64,000 nt of DNA from Cenarchaeum sp. (GTDB lineage Archaea > Thermoproteota > Nitrososphaeria > Nitrososphaerales > Nitrosopumilaceae), in assembly GCA_963693095.2 (NCBI GenBank), contig OY843768.1, forward strand, positions 416,001 to 480,000, read 5' to 3'. The first letter of the stretch is position 1, and the number at the start of each line of letters is the position of its first letter. Below, in pieces: positions 47,297-62,027 of the stretch. Both the position numbers and the translations under genes were made by a program. The notes beneath the pieces were generated by a model that was not told where the DNA came from, ran no database searches, and saw only the letters and a program-made list of their open reading frames with translations.

Positions 47297-48439
47297 ATGG
47301 CGGGCAGGCGAATCGCGGTTCTGGGCTCCGGTGTCATGGGCCACGGGATCGCGCAGGTCTCGGCGATCGCAGGCCATGATGTGGCCATGCGCGACATTGA
47401 GCGCGCCTTTCTCGACCGTGCCATGGAGAAGATACGCTGGAGCCTCGACAAGATGGCCTCCAAGGGCAAGATTGCGCCGGCCGAGGCCGATGCGGCCTTT
47501 TCGCGCATACGAGCCGAGACGGACCTGGGCTCTGCCCTCGAGGGCGCAGACATGGTCATCGAGGCGGTTCCCGAGACGATGGACCTCAAGCGCCGCGTCT
47601 ATGCGGACCTTGATGCGGCAACGCGTGGGCGCGACATTTTGTTTGCGTCCAACACGAGCACGCTGCCGATAACGGAGATCGCCTCGACGCTTGAGCGCCC
47701 CAAAAAGTTCATCGGAATCCACTTTTTCAACCCGCCGCAGCTCATGCGCCTCGTCGAGGTCATACCCGGCAGGGAGACAGACGAGTCAGTCACCGAGTCG
47801 ACGATCGAGTATGTCAGGTCAGTCGGCAAGGAGCCCGTACTCTGCGCGCGCGACGTGCCGGGCTTTATCGTCAACCGCCTGTTCATACCGCTGGTCCACG
47901 AGGCGTGCCACACAATGGACGCCAACGGGAGCACAAGGGAGGAGATCGACTCGGCAGTGCGCTTTACGCTCGGCTTCCCGATGGGAATACTCGAGCTCGC
48001 CGACTTTACTGGCCTCGATGTCATCCACAAGGCCACACAAGAGATGCACAGCAGGGACAAAAAGGTGATACGCCCGCACTCTACAGTCGAGCGCCTGTAC
48101 GGCGAGAAAAAGCTCGGCCAAAAGTCAGGCGAGGGCTTTTACGGGTATTCAAAGGAAAAGTACGAGCGCGTTGGACTCTCTGAGGATCTCGCAGGCGCGT
48201 GTGATCCGGTTCGCATAGCTGCCGTGCTCGCAAACAATGCGGCATGGCTCATCAGCAATAATGTCGCCGACATTGAGACTATCGAGCGTGCGGCATCCCT
48301 TGGCCTCGGGATGAAGATGTCAATACGCGATATCGTCACAAAGTTTGGCGCCTCGGCACTCGCCGACAGGCTGCGCGCGCTTGCCGCCTCTGAGGGCGAG
48401 TTTTACTCGCCAGACAGGTCACTAGAGTCACTTGCGTGA
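47297..48439 (+). CDS. 3-hydroxyacyl-CoA dehydrogenase, likely 3-hydroxybutyryl-CoA dehydrogenase of the 3HP/4HB cycle
   Basis: VLGSGVMGHGIA, IEAVPE, ASNTSTL, GIHFFNP, GFIVNR, GQKSGEGFY. Confidence 0.95.
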   Translation: MAGRRIAVLGSGVMGHGIAQVSAIAGHDVAMRDIERAFLDRAMEKIRWSLDKMASKGKIAPAEADAAFSRIRAETDLGSALEGADMVIEAVPETMDLKRRVYADLDAATRGRDILFASNTSTLPITEIASTLERPKKFIGIHFFNPPQLMRLVEVIPGRETDESVTESTIEYVRSVGKEPVLCARDVPGFIVNRLFIPLVHEACHTMDANGSTREEIDSAVRFTLGFPMGILELADFTGLDVIHKATQEMHSRDKKVIRPHSTVERLYGEKKLGQKSGEGFYGYSKEKYERVGLSEDLAGACDPVRIAAVLANNAAWLISNNVADIETIERAASLGLGMKMSIRDIVTKFGASALADRLRALAASEGEFYSPDRSLESLA

Positions 48440-48445
48440 TGCGCG

Positions 48446-48889
48446 CTAGGAAATCCTTGTTGCGACCGTGGCGAGGTCAGAGTCATACCATGTGGCCGCT
48501 GACTCGGCGCCAGAGGGCGCAGGGAGGTTTATCGCAATGTGCGCAAACATGCGCGATGCCGACGTCGAGCCGTGCGTGTGGAGCTCACCGGCCTTGATGT
48601 GCGCGACGCTGCCGGCCACTAGGCGCATGCGCGAGACCTTCCTGATGTGCCCGCGCCTCCCTGATGCGCCGCGCCTTGCGTATTTTACGAGGCTGCCGCT
48701 TCCGGCAACGCCTATGAGTATCTGAGGGCCGGTGTGCGAGTGGAGCTTTGTGCGTGCCCCTGAATAAAACCTCACATCAAAGGCGCGCGCGGCCTCGCGG
48801 CTCCCCATCTTGACTGCCTCGACTAGCCTGACTCTGCCCGTAAAATAGTCCGGTCTTGCGCGTGCTGATGCGGCCTTGCGTGCCATCAC
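48446..48889 (-). CDS. Cupin domain protein
   Basis: YFTGRV, GARTKLHSHTGPQIL, GELHTHG. Confidence 0.88.
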   Translation of the reverse strand: MMARKAASARARPDYFTGRVRLVEAVKMGSREAARAFDVRFYSGARTKLHSHTGPQILIGVAGSGSLVKYARRGASGRRGHIRKVSRMRLVAGSVAHIKAGELHTHGSTSASRMFAHIAINLPAPSGAESAATWYDSDLATVATRIS

Positions 48890-48962
48890 GCGGGCCGCGC
48901 GCGAATGGGCGTATATACCATGCGCGCTAGGTTAAAAGGCGCCGCCGTGTCCACGCGCGCGC

Positions 48963-49679
48963 ATGAGGACCATCATGGAGTGCTCGCCGCGAAACGTCGT
49001 GCTGCGCCGCAAGGTCGACGATGCGGGGGCAAAGGCGACCGTGGAGGCAAGAAAGGCATCACAGTTCCGCACGCTCCTCTCCTCGCCGTCGCGCTCGGAG
49101 ATTCACACGCACTCTGTGCGCGTGGCATACGAGGCGACGACCATGCTAAAGGGGACATACCGCGCCAGCTATCACCGCAAGGCGATCCACACGATACGCG
49201 TGGATCCAAACGTCAGGAGGGTCGAGGTTGGCGATGGCACGTTTGACGTGCGGCCAGCCTCGAGGGTGAGTCGCGCCATCTCTGGGCGGGCCTCATCACG
49301 CAAGGTCGACGTCGAGCTCGAGGAGTTTGTCCTAGATGAGCGCGAGGGGACCGTCTTTGTCGACCATCACGGCCACGTGACAAAGTTTGCGCACAAGCTC
49401 CGACGCGATGCCGTTGAGGCGTACCCGAGGCGCGTCCTAGCCTCTGCCGAGCTTGTGCGCGAGCCAGAGATGGCACATGATGGGCTAGTTGACTGCCTCA
49501 GGGAGGCAATCTCGCCAGAACCATTGCGTGATGACGTGCGGGATCTAGAGGACACGATCACGGTGACTGACATGGCTCGCATATACGCGCCTGTCATCGA
49601 GGCGAGGCTAGTCGGCCCAAAGAGGCGCGTGCGCATACTTCGAATCGACGCAATAAGCCGTCGCGTGCTCAAAGCTTGA
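48963..49679 (+). CDS. Hypothetical protein
   Basis: 238-aa ORF with a TTAAAA box ~25 nt upstream; host-like codon usage. Confidence 0.7.
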   Translation: MRTIMECSPRNVVLRRKVDDAGAKATVEARKASQFRTLLSSPSRSEIHTHSVRVAYEATTMLKGTYRASYHRKAIHTIRVDPNVRRVEVGDGTFDVRPASRVSRAISGRASSRKVDVELEEFVLDEREGTVFVDHHGHVTKFAHKLRRDAVEAYPRRVLASAELVREPEMAHDGLVDCLREAISPEPLRDDVRDLEDTITVTDMARIYAPVIEARLVGPKRRVRILRIDAISRRVLKA

Positions 49680-50487
49680 GCATCTTTCTGACCCGCCTGT
49701 CACCGGCGAGCGGCTCAAAGGCGGCCTCTGCGCGAGCCCATGCCCTTATCGTCTTTGAGTCCTTTTTCATGGCGCGCGCGAGCATCTCGATTGACTCCTC
49801 ATCGCGCCGCAGTGATGCGAGGCTTCTGGCCATGGCATATGACACGCTCGCATTGTCGGCATGGCTGCGCGGAAGCCTGCCAAACGTGCCTAGCGCATCC
49901 TCGTGCCTTCCAAGCTCGGCAAGCTCTATTCCCTTGTGAAACAGCGCATCCATGTGGCCCGAGTCGGCCCTGAGTGTCGCATCAAAGCAGCCTAGCGCAT
50001 CCTCGTGCCTGTTCATGCTGCCTAGTACGACTCCGCGGTAAAAGTGCGCGTTTGCGTTCTTTGGCCCGAGGCGCACTGCGGCCTCGATGCACTCGAGGGC
50101 CTCCTCGTTCCTGCCGAGGCGGTGGTGGAGGACGCCCATGTTAAAGTGCGCAGCGGCGTGCCGGGGATCCGCCTCGAGGGCCGCCTCGTATGCCTCGATC
50201 GCCCCGTCTGTGTTGCCCATCTCGGCGAGCGATATGGCCTTGTTGTTGAGCGCGCGAACCTCGCGCGGGGAGACCTCGAGGGCCGCATCAAAGCACGTTA
50301 TGGCATCAGAGTACTTTTTGATCTGGTTTAGGGCGATCCCGCGATCACAGAGCGCGCGCACGTTTTTCGGGTCATCCTTGACTATCCTGCCTAGGAGCAC
50401 GGCGGCGGCCTTTGCGTTGCCCTTGCGCATCATCTCGCGCGCCTGGCGCGCCATCTCCCTAGAGTCGGCATTTCCGGAGAATATCAA
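49669..50487 (-). CDS. TPR repeat protein
   Basis: Repeating ~34-aa 'A...KG..L..LGR.EEAL..F..AL...P' units. Confidence 0.92.
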   Translation of the reverse strand: MIFSGNADSREMARQAREMMRKGNAKAAAVLLGRIVKDDPKNVRALCDRGIALNQIKKYSDAITCFDAALEVSPREVRALNNKAISLAEMGNTDGAIEAYEAALEADPRHAAAHFNMGVLHHRLGRNEEALECIEAAVRLGPKNANAHFYRGVVLGSMNRHEDALGCFDATLRADSGHMDALFHKGIELAELGRHEDALGTFGRLPRSHADNASVSYAMARSLASLRRDEESIEMLARAMKKDSKTIRAWARAEAAFEPLAGDRRVRKMLKL

Positions 50488-51800
50488 GCCCGCCTGCCCC
50501 CAAGCGTGGCCGAAAAGCGACCCGCCGCGTCAATGAGCGCGCGAATGTCGGCCCTGGTGTGCGCCGCCGAGACTGCGCCGAGCTTGCCGGGCAAAAAGAA
50601 TATGCCGTCGCGCGCGATCATCTCAAAGTGAAACCGGTGCAGGAGCTCAGTGTCGCAGCGTGCGGCGTCTGCAGCACTGCGAACCTCCCTGCCGTCCTGC
50701 GCAAAGTGGGCCATGAACAGGGATCCCGTCCCCGTTGTCGTGACGCGCCCGTCAAACGCGCGCCTCAGGCCGTCGCGCGCCATCTTGCCGAGTGTGCCAA
50801 TCCTGCCATATAGCGACTTGCGCGCGCGCAGCGCGCGAAGCGTCGCCAGGCCCGCTGTCATTGATGCGGGATTTGCCGAGAACGTCCCGCCCCCGACATA
50901 TGACCTCGTGTCCTTTCCAAATGCTGACGTGTCGGCCACGCGCATTGACTCGTCCAGGCCGCACATTGCGCCGATGGGCATGCCGCCGCCGATTATCTTT
51001 CCGAGCGTGACAATGTCAGGCTCCAGGCGCATCGTGGGATACATGCAGCCCAGCCTGAAGCGAAAGCCCGTGACGATCTCGTCTAGCACAAAAAGTGCGC
51101 CACACGAGTGCGCAAACTCCTGCAGTCCGCGCATATAGTCGCGCTCTGAGGGAACGCATCCGCCGCCGCCGAGAACCGGCTCGACTACAATGCACGCAAG
51201 GTCGCGCCTCACGCGGCGCAGCATGCGCAGCGAGCCCTCGAGATCATTGTGCGGCAGCGAGACTATCTTTTCCTCGTTGAGCACGCCGCGCGACTCTGAG
51301 CCAAACGGCCAGTTGACTGACTTTAGCAGGTCAGATGCGTACCCGTGCCACCCTCCGTCGACCTTTGCAACAGTGTCCCTCTTGGTCTGCGCGCGCGCAA
51401 TGCGCGCGGCATACATCACGGCCTCGGTTCCCGAGCTCACATAGCGCGTCTTTTCTGCCACGCGAACGGATCTTGCAATCTCCTCGGTCAGCGCAATCGA
51501 CGGCTCGCTCACAGTCCCGTGCATCCAGCCGCGCCCAAGCTGTGACGCTATGGCGCGCCTTACTGTCGGCGGGGCGTGGCCGAGCACGAGTGCCCAGTGG
51601 CCCATCCAGTAGTCAGTATAGCTGTTCGAGTCGACATCGACTATGGTCTGCGCGCGCGCGGACCTGGTGACAAAGGGGTATGGGTCAAAGTGGCGTATGT
51701 TGTGGTGCACGCCATTGACGTGGAGCCTTGAGGACGTGGCATGCAGCCTTTGTGAGCGCGGCGTCTTTTGCCTGTATGCTGACTCGGCGTCCTCCCGCAT
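50484..51800 (-). CDS. hemL: Glutamate-1-semialdehyde 2,1-aminomutase-like class III aminotransferase
   Basis: [45 protein letters not shown]. Confidence 0.9.
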   Translation of the reverse strand: MREDAESAYRQKTPRSQRLHATSSRLHVNGVHHNIRHFDPYPFVTRSARAQTIVDVDSNSYTDYWMGHWALVLGHAPPTVRRAIASQLGRGWMHGTVSEPSIALTEEIARSVRVAEKTRYVSSGTEAVMYAARIARAQTKRDTVAKVDGGWHGYASDLLKSVNWPFGSESRGVLNEEKIVSLPHNDLEGSLRMLRRVRRDLACIVVEPVLGGGGCVPSERDYMRGLQEFAHSCGALFVLDEIVTGFRFRLGCMYPTMRLEPDIVTLGKIIGGGMPIGAMCGLDESMRVADTSAFGKDTRSYVGGGTFSANPASMTAGLATLRALRARKSLYGRIGTLGKMARDGLRRAFDGRVTTTGTGSLFMAHFAQDGREVRSAADAARCDTELLHRFHFEMIARDGIFFLPGKLGAVSAAHTRADIRALIDAAGRFSATLGGRRA

Positions 51801-51914
51801 GGCCGGCCATGCGCGGGCATCTGTACTTTAACCACTCGGAGCGCAGTACGGTACTTTGTCTGCCATTGTGGCCATGATCGGCACTGTTGGCGCCATTTCG
51901 TGATGCGATCACCC

Positions 51915-51930
51915 AATTGGTTTATAACCA
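51915..51930 (+). promoter_or_regulatory. Probable rRNA operon TATA box
   Basis: TTTATAA at 51921-51927, ~210 nt upstream of the 16S gene. Confidence 0.55.
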
Positions 51931-52135
51931 CTCGAATCGACAGTCCCGCTCGTGCGCGACGCAAGTGCGGCGCCCGTGGTGAGGTTTGGCAATGTGCCAT
52001 TCTGTGACCTGTGGGCCTCCAGTCTCGCATACAGAAATGAGGAGCTGACCTCAAGGTCAGCTCTGAGCATGTGAAGACAAGTGCATTCCGTCCAATTCAG
52101 TTTAGGTAAAAACTTCAATAATAAAAGAATCCACA

Positions 52136-53604
<1,469 letters not shown>

Positions 53605-53756
53605 TAGACCAGAATTGTGCACGGACGCACAAGTCTTCACAGCATCGATGCAATGCGTCACGAAAGTGACGTATGAAGGATGTAGTGGGTACCCCCCAGG
53701 GTACCTGCGATGATCGTCGTGCATAGTCGTGTAATATGTGGCTGAATATGCCGGTG

Positions 53757-56722
<2,966 letters not shown>

Positions 56723-56852
56723 CACACCGGTTCAGCCACTTACATAGAGACTATGCACGACGTCATTTTTTGATTTTTCCTAGCGGACGCTATGCGCGAC
56801 ATTCGCGCCCCTGGCGGCTAGGTTTTTATTTTTGTGCCATGCGCGCCCCGCC

Positions 56853-57239
56853 ATGGCACGTGGAGAGGGTCACGAGTACCGCGCGTACGACAAGCGCTGC
56901 GAGAGGCTCCTAGGGGAGGATATGGTTCGCTTTGCCGGCGTCATCGACGCCGAGGGGCGCCTCGTGGCCGGCGGGTTTAGCGCCGACATATCGCCCCTCG
57001 AGCGCGACGAGGAGCGCCTGCGCTCGTTCATGAAGTTCATCTCGCGCATCACGATCAGCAACGAGCACGATGACAGCCTCGGGCCGGTAAACTATATCGC
57101 GGTTCGCCGCGACAAGGCGGTCCTTGTGAGCTTTCCGTTCCCAGTGAGCAGCGTCCTTCTCCTAGTATCTGCCGAGCCCGAAGTCGACATTGAGAGCATG
57201 GCATCGAGAATCGTGGACATATTTAGCGGGGTGAGCTAG
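56853..57239 (+). CDS. Thaumarchaeal roadblock/profilin-like small protein
   Basis: VRFAGVIDAEGRLVAGGF...LGPVNYIAVRRDKAVLVSFP...LLVSAEP pattern common in this phylum. Confidence 0.75.
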   Translation: MARGEGHEYRAYDKRCERLLGEDMVRFAGVIDAEGRLVAGGFSADISPLERDEERLRSFMKFISRITISNEHDDSLGPVNYIAVRRDKAVLVSFPFPVSSVLLLVSAEPEVDIESMASRIVDIFSGVS

Positions 57240-57704
57240 GTGGCCACTGCGAGGGCAACGTTTGCGGCTGGGTGCTTTTGGCATGTCGAGGAGGTGTTTC
57301 GCAGCATACCCGGAGTGCTCGACGCGAGATCCGGATACACCGGCGGCGACGAGAAAAACCCGACATACGAGCGTGTCTGCACTGGCCAGACTGGCCATGC
57401 CGAGTCAGTCACGGTGACATATGACGACTCTGCAGTTGACTATGCGCGCCTCCTTGAGGCATTCTGGTCATCGCATGACCCCACAACGCCAAACAGGCAG
57501 GGCCCGGACATTGGAACCCAGTACCGCTCGGCGATATTCTTTCACACGCCCGAGCAGGAGGCCGCCGCGCGCAGCTCGGCAGACTCCCTTGGGCGCTCGG
57601 GGCGACTCTCATCGCCCATAGTCACACAGATACTTCCGGCTCCCGAGTTTTACGATGCCGAAGAGTACCACCAGCAGTATATCCGCAAGGCGCGCCGCGC
57701 ATAG
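57240..57704 (+). CDS. msrA: Peptide-methionine (S)-S-oxide reductase
   Basis: [36 protein letters not shown]. Confidence 0.97.
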   Translation: MATARATFAAGCFWHVEEVFRSIPGVLDARSGYTGGDEKNPTYERVCTGQTGHAESVTVTYDDSAVDYARLLEAFWSSHDPTTPNRQGPDIGTQYRSAIFFHTPEQEAAARSSADSLGRSGRLSSPIVTQILPAPEFYDAEEYHQQYIRKARRA

Positions 57705-58017
57705 CGCGCGCGGTGCGGCGTGCCGGCCCTGAGATTGGCGCTACCTCTAGTCCGCCAAGGGTGTGCGCTGCCACGCCGTGCGGGCAGCTAGCCTGCAGCC
57801 GAGTGGGCGCTCCCTGATGGTGACCCGGATGGTGCCCCTGTGGGCAGATCCAGGATGGTGCGCCCCGCCGGCCGCGCAGGGCACGCTGTGGACATGCGTG
57901 CGCGCGTGGGCTCTAGCGGTGCGCCAGTCTAGCACATGTTCATGGCAGCATGTGCCCCCTTTGGGCTAGGGGGGGACGGTAAGGGTTAAATCCGCCCGTC
58001 TGCGCGTGTGCGCTAGA

Positions 58018-58503
58018 ATGGCAGAGCCACAAAAGATATCGTCGCTTGTCACCGGGGGCGAGGCCTCAGCCGGCCCCCCGCTCGGACCGGCACTAGGCCC
58101 GCTCGGAGTCAACATCATGGAGGTCATTGGCGCGATCAACGAAAAGACGGCCGACTTTAAGGGCATGAAGGTTCCCGTCACCGTCTCTGTTGACCCTGAC
58201 ACAAAAAAGTGGGACATTGAGATTGGCGTTCCATCCGTCGCGGCCCTTCTCCTAAAGGAGACCGGACTCCAAAAGGGCTCGGGCACGCCGGGCACCGAAT
58301 GGGTCGGTGACATTGGCATGGACGCAATAGCAAAGATTGCAAAGACAAAGATCGACGGCTCGTATGCGACATCGATAAAGTCAGTCGCAAAGTCAGTCAT
58401 CGGCACGTGCGTACCGCTCGGCATAAAGGTCGAGGGCAAGACGCCAAAAGAGATCACCGCCGAGATAAACGAGTCAAAGTGGGACGACGCGCTATCGTCG
58501 TGA
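58018..58503 (+). CDS. rpl11: Ribosomal protein L11
   Basis: ASAGPPLGPALGPLGVN, KVPVTV, GTCVPLGI. Confidence 0.97.
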   Translation: MAEPQKISSLVTGGEASAGPPLGPALGPLGVNIMEVIGAINEKTADFKGMKVPVTVSVDPDTKKWDIEIGVPSVAALLLKETGLQKGSGTPGTEWVGDIGMDAIAKIAKTKIDGSYATSIKSVAKSVIGTCVPLGIKVEGKTPKEITAEINESKWDDALSS

Positions 58504-58977
58504 TCGCGAGCCGGCCTTCTCGCCGACCTGCGCATACTGTGGAGCCCTTGCCCTCTTTTGGAGCTCGACTAGGGTCTCGGTTCCCTGAACGCCGGCTATC
58601 TTGCCGATCTTTTCTATGACGATTGTGTGCAGGGCCTCAAGGTCTGACGTGCGCAGCGTTGCGAGTATGTCAAACCTTCCGGTGACCTCGGCCATCTCGG
58701 TGACCTCGGGAACCGCGAGGATTGCCTTGTGGACCTGCGCCTTGGCCTTTGGGTCGCGGTTTATGCCGATCGTGGCCCGCACGCCGATGCCGAGCATCGA
58801 GTCATCAACCTCTATCGTAAAGCGCACGATGAGGCCCTTCTCCTTCATGCGCTTTATGCGGCTATAGAGAACCGACGAGTTGACGCCCATCTTTTTTGCC
58901 AGGTTTGGTATCGAGACAGAGCCGTCATCGGTGAGCTCGCGCAGGAGCTTCATGTCCATGTCGTCAAAATCGGCCAA
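58492..58977 (-). CDS. Lrp/AsnC family regulator
   Basis: DDMDMKLLREL...LAKKMGV...RIKRM HTH, VTGRFDI, TET. Confidence 0.93.
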   Translation of the reverse strand: MADFDDMDMKLLRELTDDGSVSIPNLAKKMGVNSSVLYSRIKRMKEKGLIVRFTIEVDDSMLGIGVRATIGINRDPKAKAQVHKAILAVPEVTEMAEVTGRFDILATLRTSDLEALHTIVIEKIGKIAGVQGTETLVELQKRARAPQYAQVGEKAGSRSRR

Positions 58978-59100
58978 CGCGCAGGACGCAATCCCGCCAC
59001 TTCTTTAATAAACCTAGTTTGGCCTGCGGCCCCTGCGGGCATGCCGTGGGCCTTGAGCCCCATGCGCCCATAAACGGTTTTAATAGGGCCGAGCCGGCGT

Positions 59101-59760
59101 GTGCCCAAATTGGCTAGCGAGTCAGACCTCTCGGAGATGATCCAGAGGGCAAAGGAGGCATCAGGGACCAAAAAGTTCAGGCAGTCCGTCGAGCTCATCA
59201 TCGTGTTTCGGGACATTGACGTCAAGAAGGGCTTTGCGATCAACGAGGTCGTGCAGCTCCCAAAGACGAGCGCGCCGGCGGCCGTGTGCGTCATGGCCTC
59301 TGGCGACATGGGCATCAAGGCAAAGGAGGCAAAGGCCGACATGGTCATCGATGCCGAGGAGCTTGGGCGCCTGGGGACCAACAAGCGCGAGTCTCGCAAG
59401 TTCGTCAACCGTTATGACTTTTTCCTCGCTGACACAAAGCTAATGCCGACAGTCGGCAAGGTTCTCGGGCAGATACTCGGCCCGCGCGGCAAGATGCCGA
59501 CGCCTGTTCCGTTCAACGCGCCGATAGCTTCGTTCCTTGAGCGCTTCAAGTCCTCCACGCTCATACGAATGCGCAACTCGCTGGCCCTCTCGTGCAAGAT
59601 TGGCGATGAGACGATGGCCGACTCTGACCTTGCGGCCAACGCAATGACAATAGTCTCGGCCGTCGAGAAAAAGCTGCCAAACGGCGAGAAAAACGTCAAA
59701 AAGATAATGGTAAAGACAACAATGGGCAAGATCGTGCAGCCCGCACCGCAGGCAAAGTGA
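59101..59760 (+). CDS. rpl1: Ribosomal protein L1
   Basis: KFRQSVEL, LGPRGKMPTP, VKTTMG. Confidence 0.97.
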   Translation: MPKLASESDLSEMIQRAKEASGTKKFRQSVELIIVFRDIDVKKGFAINEVVQLPKTSAPAAVCVMASGDMGIKAKEAKADMVIDAEELGRLGTNKRESRKFVNRYDFFLADTKLMPTVGKVLGQILGPRGKMPTPVPFNAPIASFLERFKSSTLIRMRNSLALSCKIGDETMADSDLAANAMTIVSAVEKKLPNGEKNVKKIMVKTTMGKIVQPAPQAK

Positions 59761-59761
59761 C

Positions 59762-60628
59762 ATGTATGAAAATCGCCAGAAATGGCCTGCCAAAAAGGAG
59801 CGAATGTACGCGCAACTCCAAGAGCTGCCCACAAAGTACAGCGTCATGGCACTCGTCCGCCTAGAAAAGGTTCGCGCGTCGCAGATGCTCTCGCTGCGAA
59901 AGAGAATGCACGGCCAGGTCGAGTTTGTCAGCATAAAGGGCAAGGTGACAAAAAAGGCACTCGCGGGAATTAACGTTCCTGGCATTGCCGAGATCGCCGC
60001 CCAGGTCAAGGGCCAGTGCATGTTCATGTTCACAAACATGTCGCCATTCAAGCTAAACGTCCTCTTGGCGAGCAACAAGGTGATGCTGCCCGCTCGCGGG
60101 GGCGACACGGCGAGCATCGACGTCATCATCACCGCAAAGAACACGGGCATAGCTCCAGGTCCCATGCTCACCGAGTTCAAGGAGGCAAACGTGCCAACAA
60201 AGATAGACCAGGGCACGATCTGGATAACAAAGGACACCGTTGCGGCAAAGCGCGGTGACACGATATCATCAAAGCTTGCGGCGCTTTTGGGCAAGCTCGA
60301 CATCAGGGCCGTAGAGGCCGGAGTCGAGCTCGCCGGCGCACTAGAGGCCGGCAAGACATACACGCGCGACGAGCTAGTCGTCGACGTCGCCGCGGTCCGT
60401 GATGCGCTCGCCGCTGCCCACCAGGAGGCAATGTCGCTCTCAGTCGAGGCCGGCCTCATCACCGCCGAGAACGCCCCACTCGTGCTTGCTCGCGCCGCGC
60501 GCGCCGCCGAGTCACTGGCATCCGAGTCCGGATACGTATCGCCAGACACTGCGGCCAGCGTGCTTGCGCGAGCAAACGCGGCAGCGCGCGGCGTGGCGTC
60601 TGCGGCAAAGGGCTACGAGTCTGCCTAG
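59762..60628 (+). CDS. rpl10: Ribosomal protein L10 (P0)
   Basis: PARGGD, NTGIAPGP, PTKIDQGTIWI, LLGKLDI; follows rpl1. Confidence 0.96.
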   Translation: MYENRQKWPAKKERMYAQLQELPTKYSVMALVRLEKVRASQMLSLRKRMHGQVEFVSIKGKVTKKALAGINVPGIAEIAAQVKGQCMFMFTNMSPFKLNVLLASNKVMLPARGGDTASIDVIITAKNTGIAPGPMLTEFKEANVPTKIDQGTIWITKDTVAAKRGDTISSKLAALLGKLDIRAVEAGVELAGALEAGKTYTRDELVVDVAAVRDALAAAHQEAMSLSVEAGLITAENAPLVLARAARAAESLASESGYVSPDTAASVLARANAAARGVASAAKGYESA

Positions 60629-60720
60629 GGACTAGGGGGTTATTGCTCCCAGTGTGTGCTCTGCGTGAGGCTCTCGTGCCACTCTTGCGTTATAAAGCGA
60701 GCATTTGCCCGGTGTTGACC

Positions 60721-60845
60721 TGCGATTGACACTCTGCTCACAAATAGCGTTAAATTGGGTGTGCCTGTCATGTGGCGCATGGTGGGAACGCAAAGTCTGT
60801 GGCGTGGGAACCGCATAGCCGGTCTCAGAGCACGTGCGACAGGCC
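60721..60845 (+). repeat. Degenerate direct repeat, copy 1 (partner 61721-61840)
   Basis: TGCGATTGACACTCTGCTCACAAATAGCGTTAAATTGGGTGTGCCTGTCATGTGGCGCAT versus TGCGATTGCCATTTTGCTCATAAACAGCGTTAAATTGGGTATGCGCTTCATGCGGCGCAT. Confidence 0.85.
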
Positions 60846-60897
60846 GATCTGTGGGTCAGGGTGCGGATTGTGTTGTTCTAACGGGGGGGCGTTTGGC

Positions 60898-61377
60898 ATG
60901 ATGCGCACAGAACCGTTTGAGTCCGTAAACTTGCCCATACTGCTTCTTGGCACCCTGGGCACGATCAGGCGCAGGCCTCGACTGGAAAAGCTGGCCTTTC
61001 TATGCGATATGGAGATCTTCAAAAAGATCAAGGTGTATGACGACTGGCTGCCATACATGTTCGGCCCGTTTAGCACAAAGCTCCATGATGACATGTCTGA
61101 CCTCGCATCACGGCATATTGTGGCCGTGAATACTGTTGAGGGCGGATTTGAAGATGGCACATGCAAATATTCGCTAACGTCCGTCGGGCGTAAAAAATAT
61201 GGCCAGCTCCTAGCTCAGTATGTTGACAAAGTCGCGCGCATCCATGAGATGCTTCTCTCATACAATTACATGGAAACAACCGTTCCGCTCATGGAACGCG
61301 TATACAAGAAATATCCAAAATTCTCATCAAGTATGTTGACATACGAGGAAGCGACAAACGCTAGAAACGGGAGCTGA
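60898..61377 (+). CDS. SocA/Panacea- or YwgA-like protein (islet 3)
   Basis: RPRLEKLAFLCD...WLPYMFGPFSTKLHDDM...YSLTSVG...LMERVYKKYPKF. Confidence 0.75.
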   Translation: MMRTEPFESVNLPILLLGTLGTIRRRPRLEKLAFLCDMEIFKKIKVYDDWLPYMFGPFSTKLHDDMSDLASRHIVAVNTVEGGFEDGTCKYSLTSVGRKKYGQLLAQYVDKVARIHEMLLSYNYMETTVPLMERVYKKYPKFSSSMLTYEEATNARNGS

Positions 61378-61384
61378 TCGCCTG

Positions 61385-61532
61385 TTGTCATTCCATAATT
61401 CTACATTGCAGGAAATTGTCACCACGATGACGCGGTTGGAGACTGAACAGTTTGTGTTTGTGGGGACATTTGAGCTGATTACGGGCGTTATCGCATTTTT
61501 GGGACTCCTGTTTGCCTTGAGCCGCAGAATAG
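61385..61532 (+). pseudogene. 5' part of a membrane-protein gene cut off by an IS remnant
   Basis: EQFVFVGTFELITGVIAFLGLLFALSRR, then abrupt switch to GC-rich transposase-like DNA read in another frame. Confidence 0.5.
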
Positions 61533-61840
61533 ATGATGGCGTACAACGCGTGGATCCTCGCAAAGTGGGAGCTCTCCGCCGGCCAGCGGCGGGGCCGCGG
61601 AGGGGGGAGGGAGCCGACCCTGGTGGAGTTCATGGCCTGGATCGGCGGGGCCTGCTCATGCGTGCGCCCCCGGAAGCCGCCCCCATGGCTGACCGTGAGG
61701 GTCGGCACATGATCATATGCTGCGATTGCCATTTTGCTCATAAACAGCGTTAAATTGGGTATGCGCTTCATGCGGCGCATGTCAGGGACGCAGTCTGCGG
61801 CATGGGGGACGCATGGTCGGCATCGGGCACGTGTGGGGAG
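61533..61840 (+). mobile_element. IS remnant: transposase 3' end plus conserved downstream segment (includes repeat copy 2)
   Basis: MMAYNAWILAKWELS...EFMAWIGGACSCVRPRKPPPWLTVRVGT* is colinear with the reverse complement of 41815-42027. Confidence 0.75.
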
Positions 61841-62027
61841 GTGCCACCAACACAGCGCAGCAGGCAGGGAGTCTGCCATGATGCGACGCATGGAAGGAAT
61901 GAGCCTGCTGCACTGCCAACTAGGTCATGCGATCACATTTCTGGCCTGGATTGCCGCGGCTGCCGTGATGCCGGGTCGCGTGATGCGCGATGGTGTCTAT
62001 CTGTTACAGGGGTGCCGGGTGACATAA

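Noticed and set aside
60740-61770. Integron attC sites (GTTAAAT fits GTTRRRY)
   Set aside because: No upstream RYYYAAC inverse core, no long bottom-strand hairpin and no integrase in the window; the motif fits a TATA-like box.
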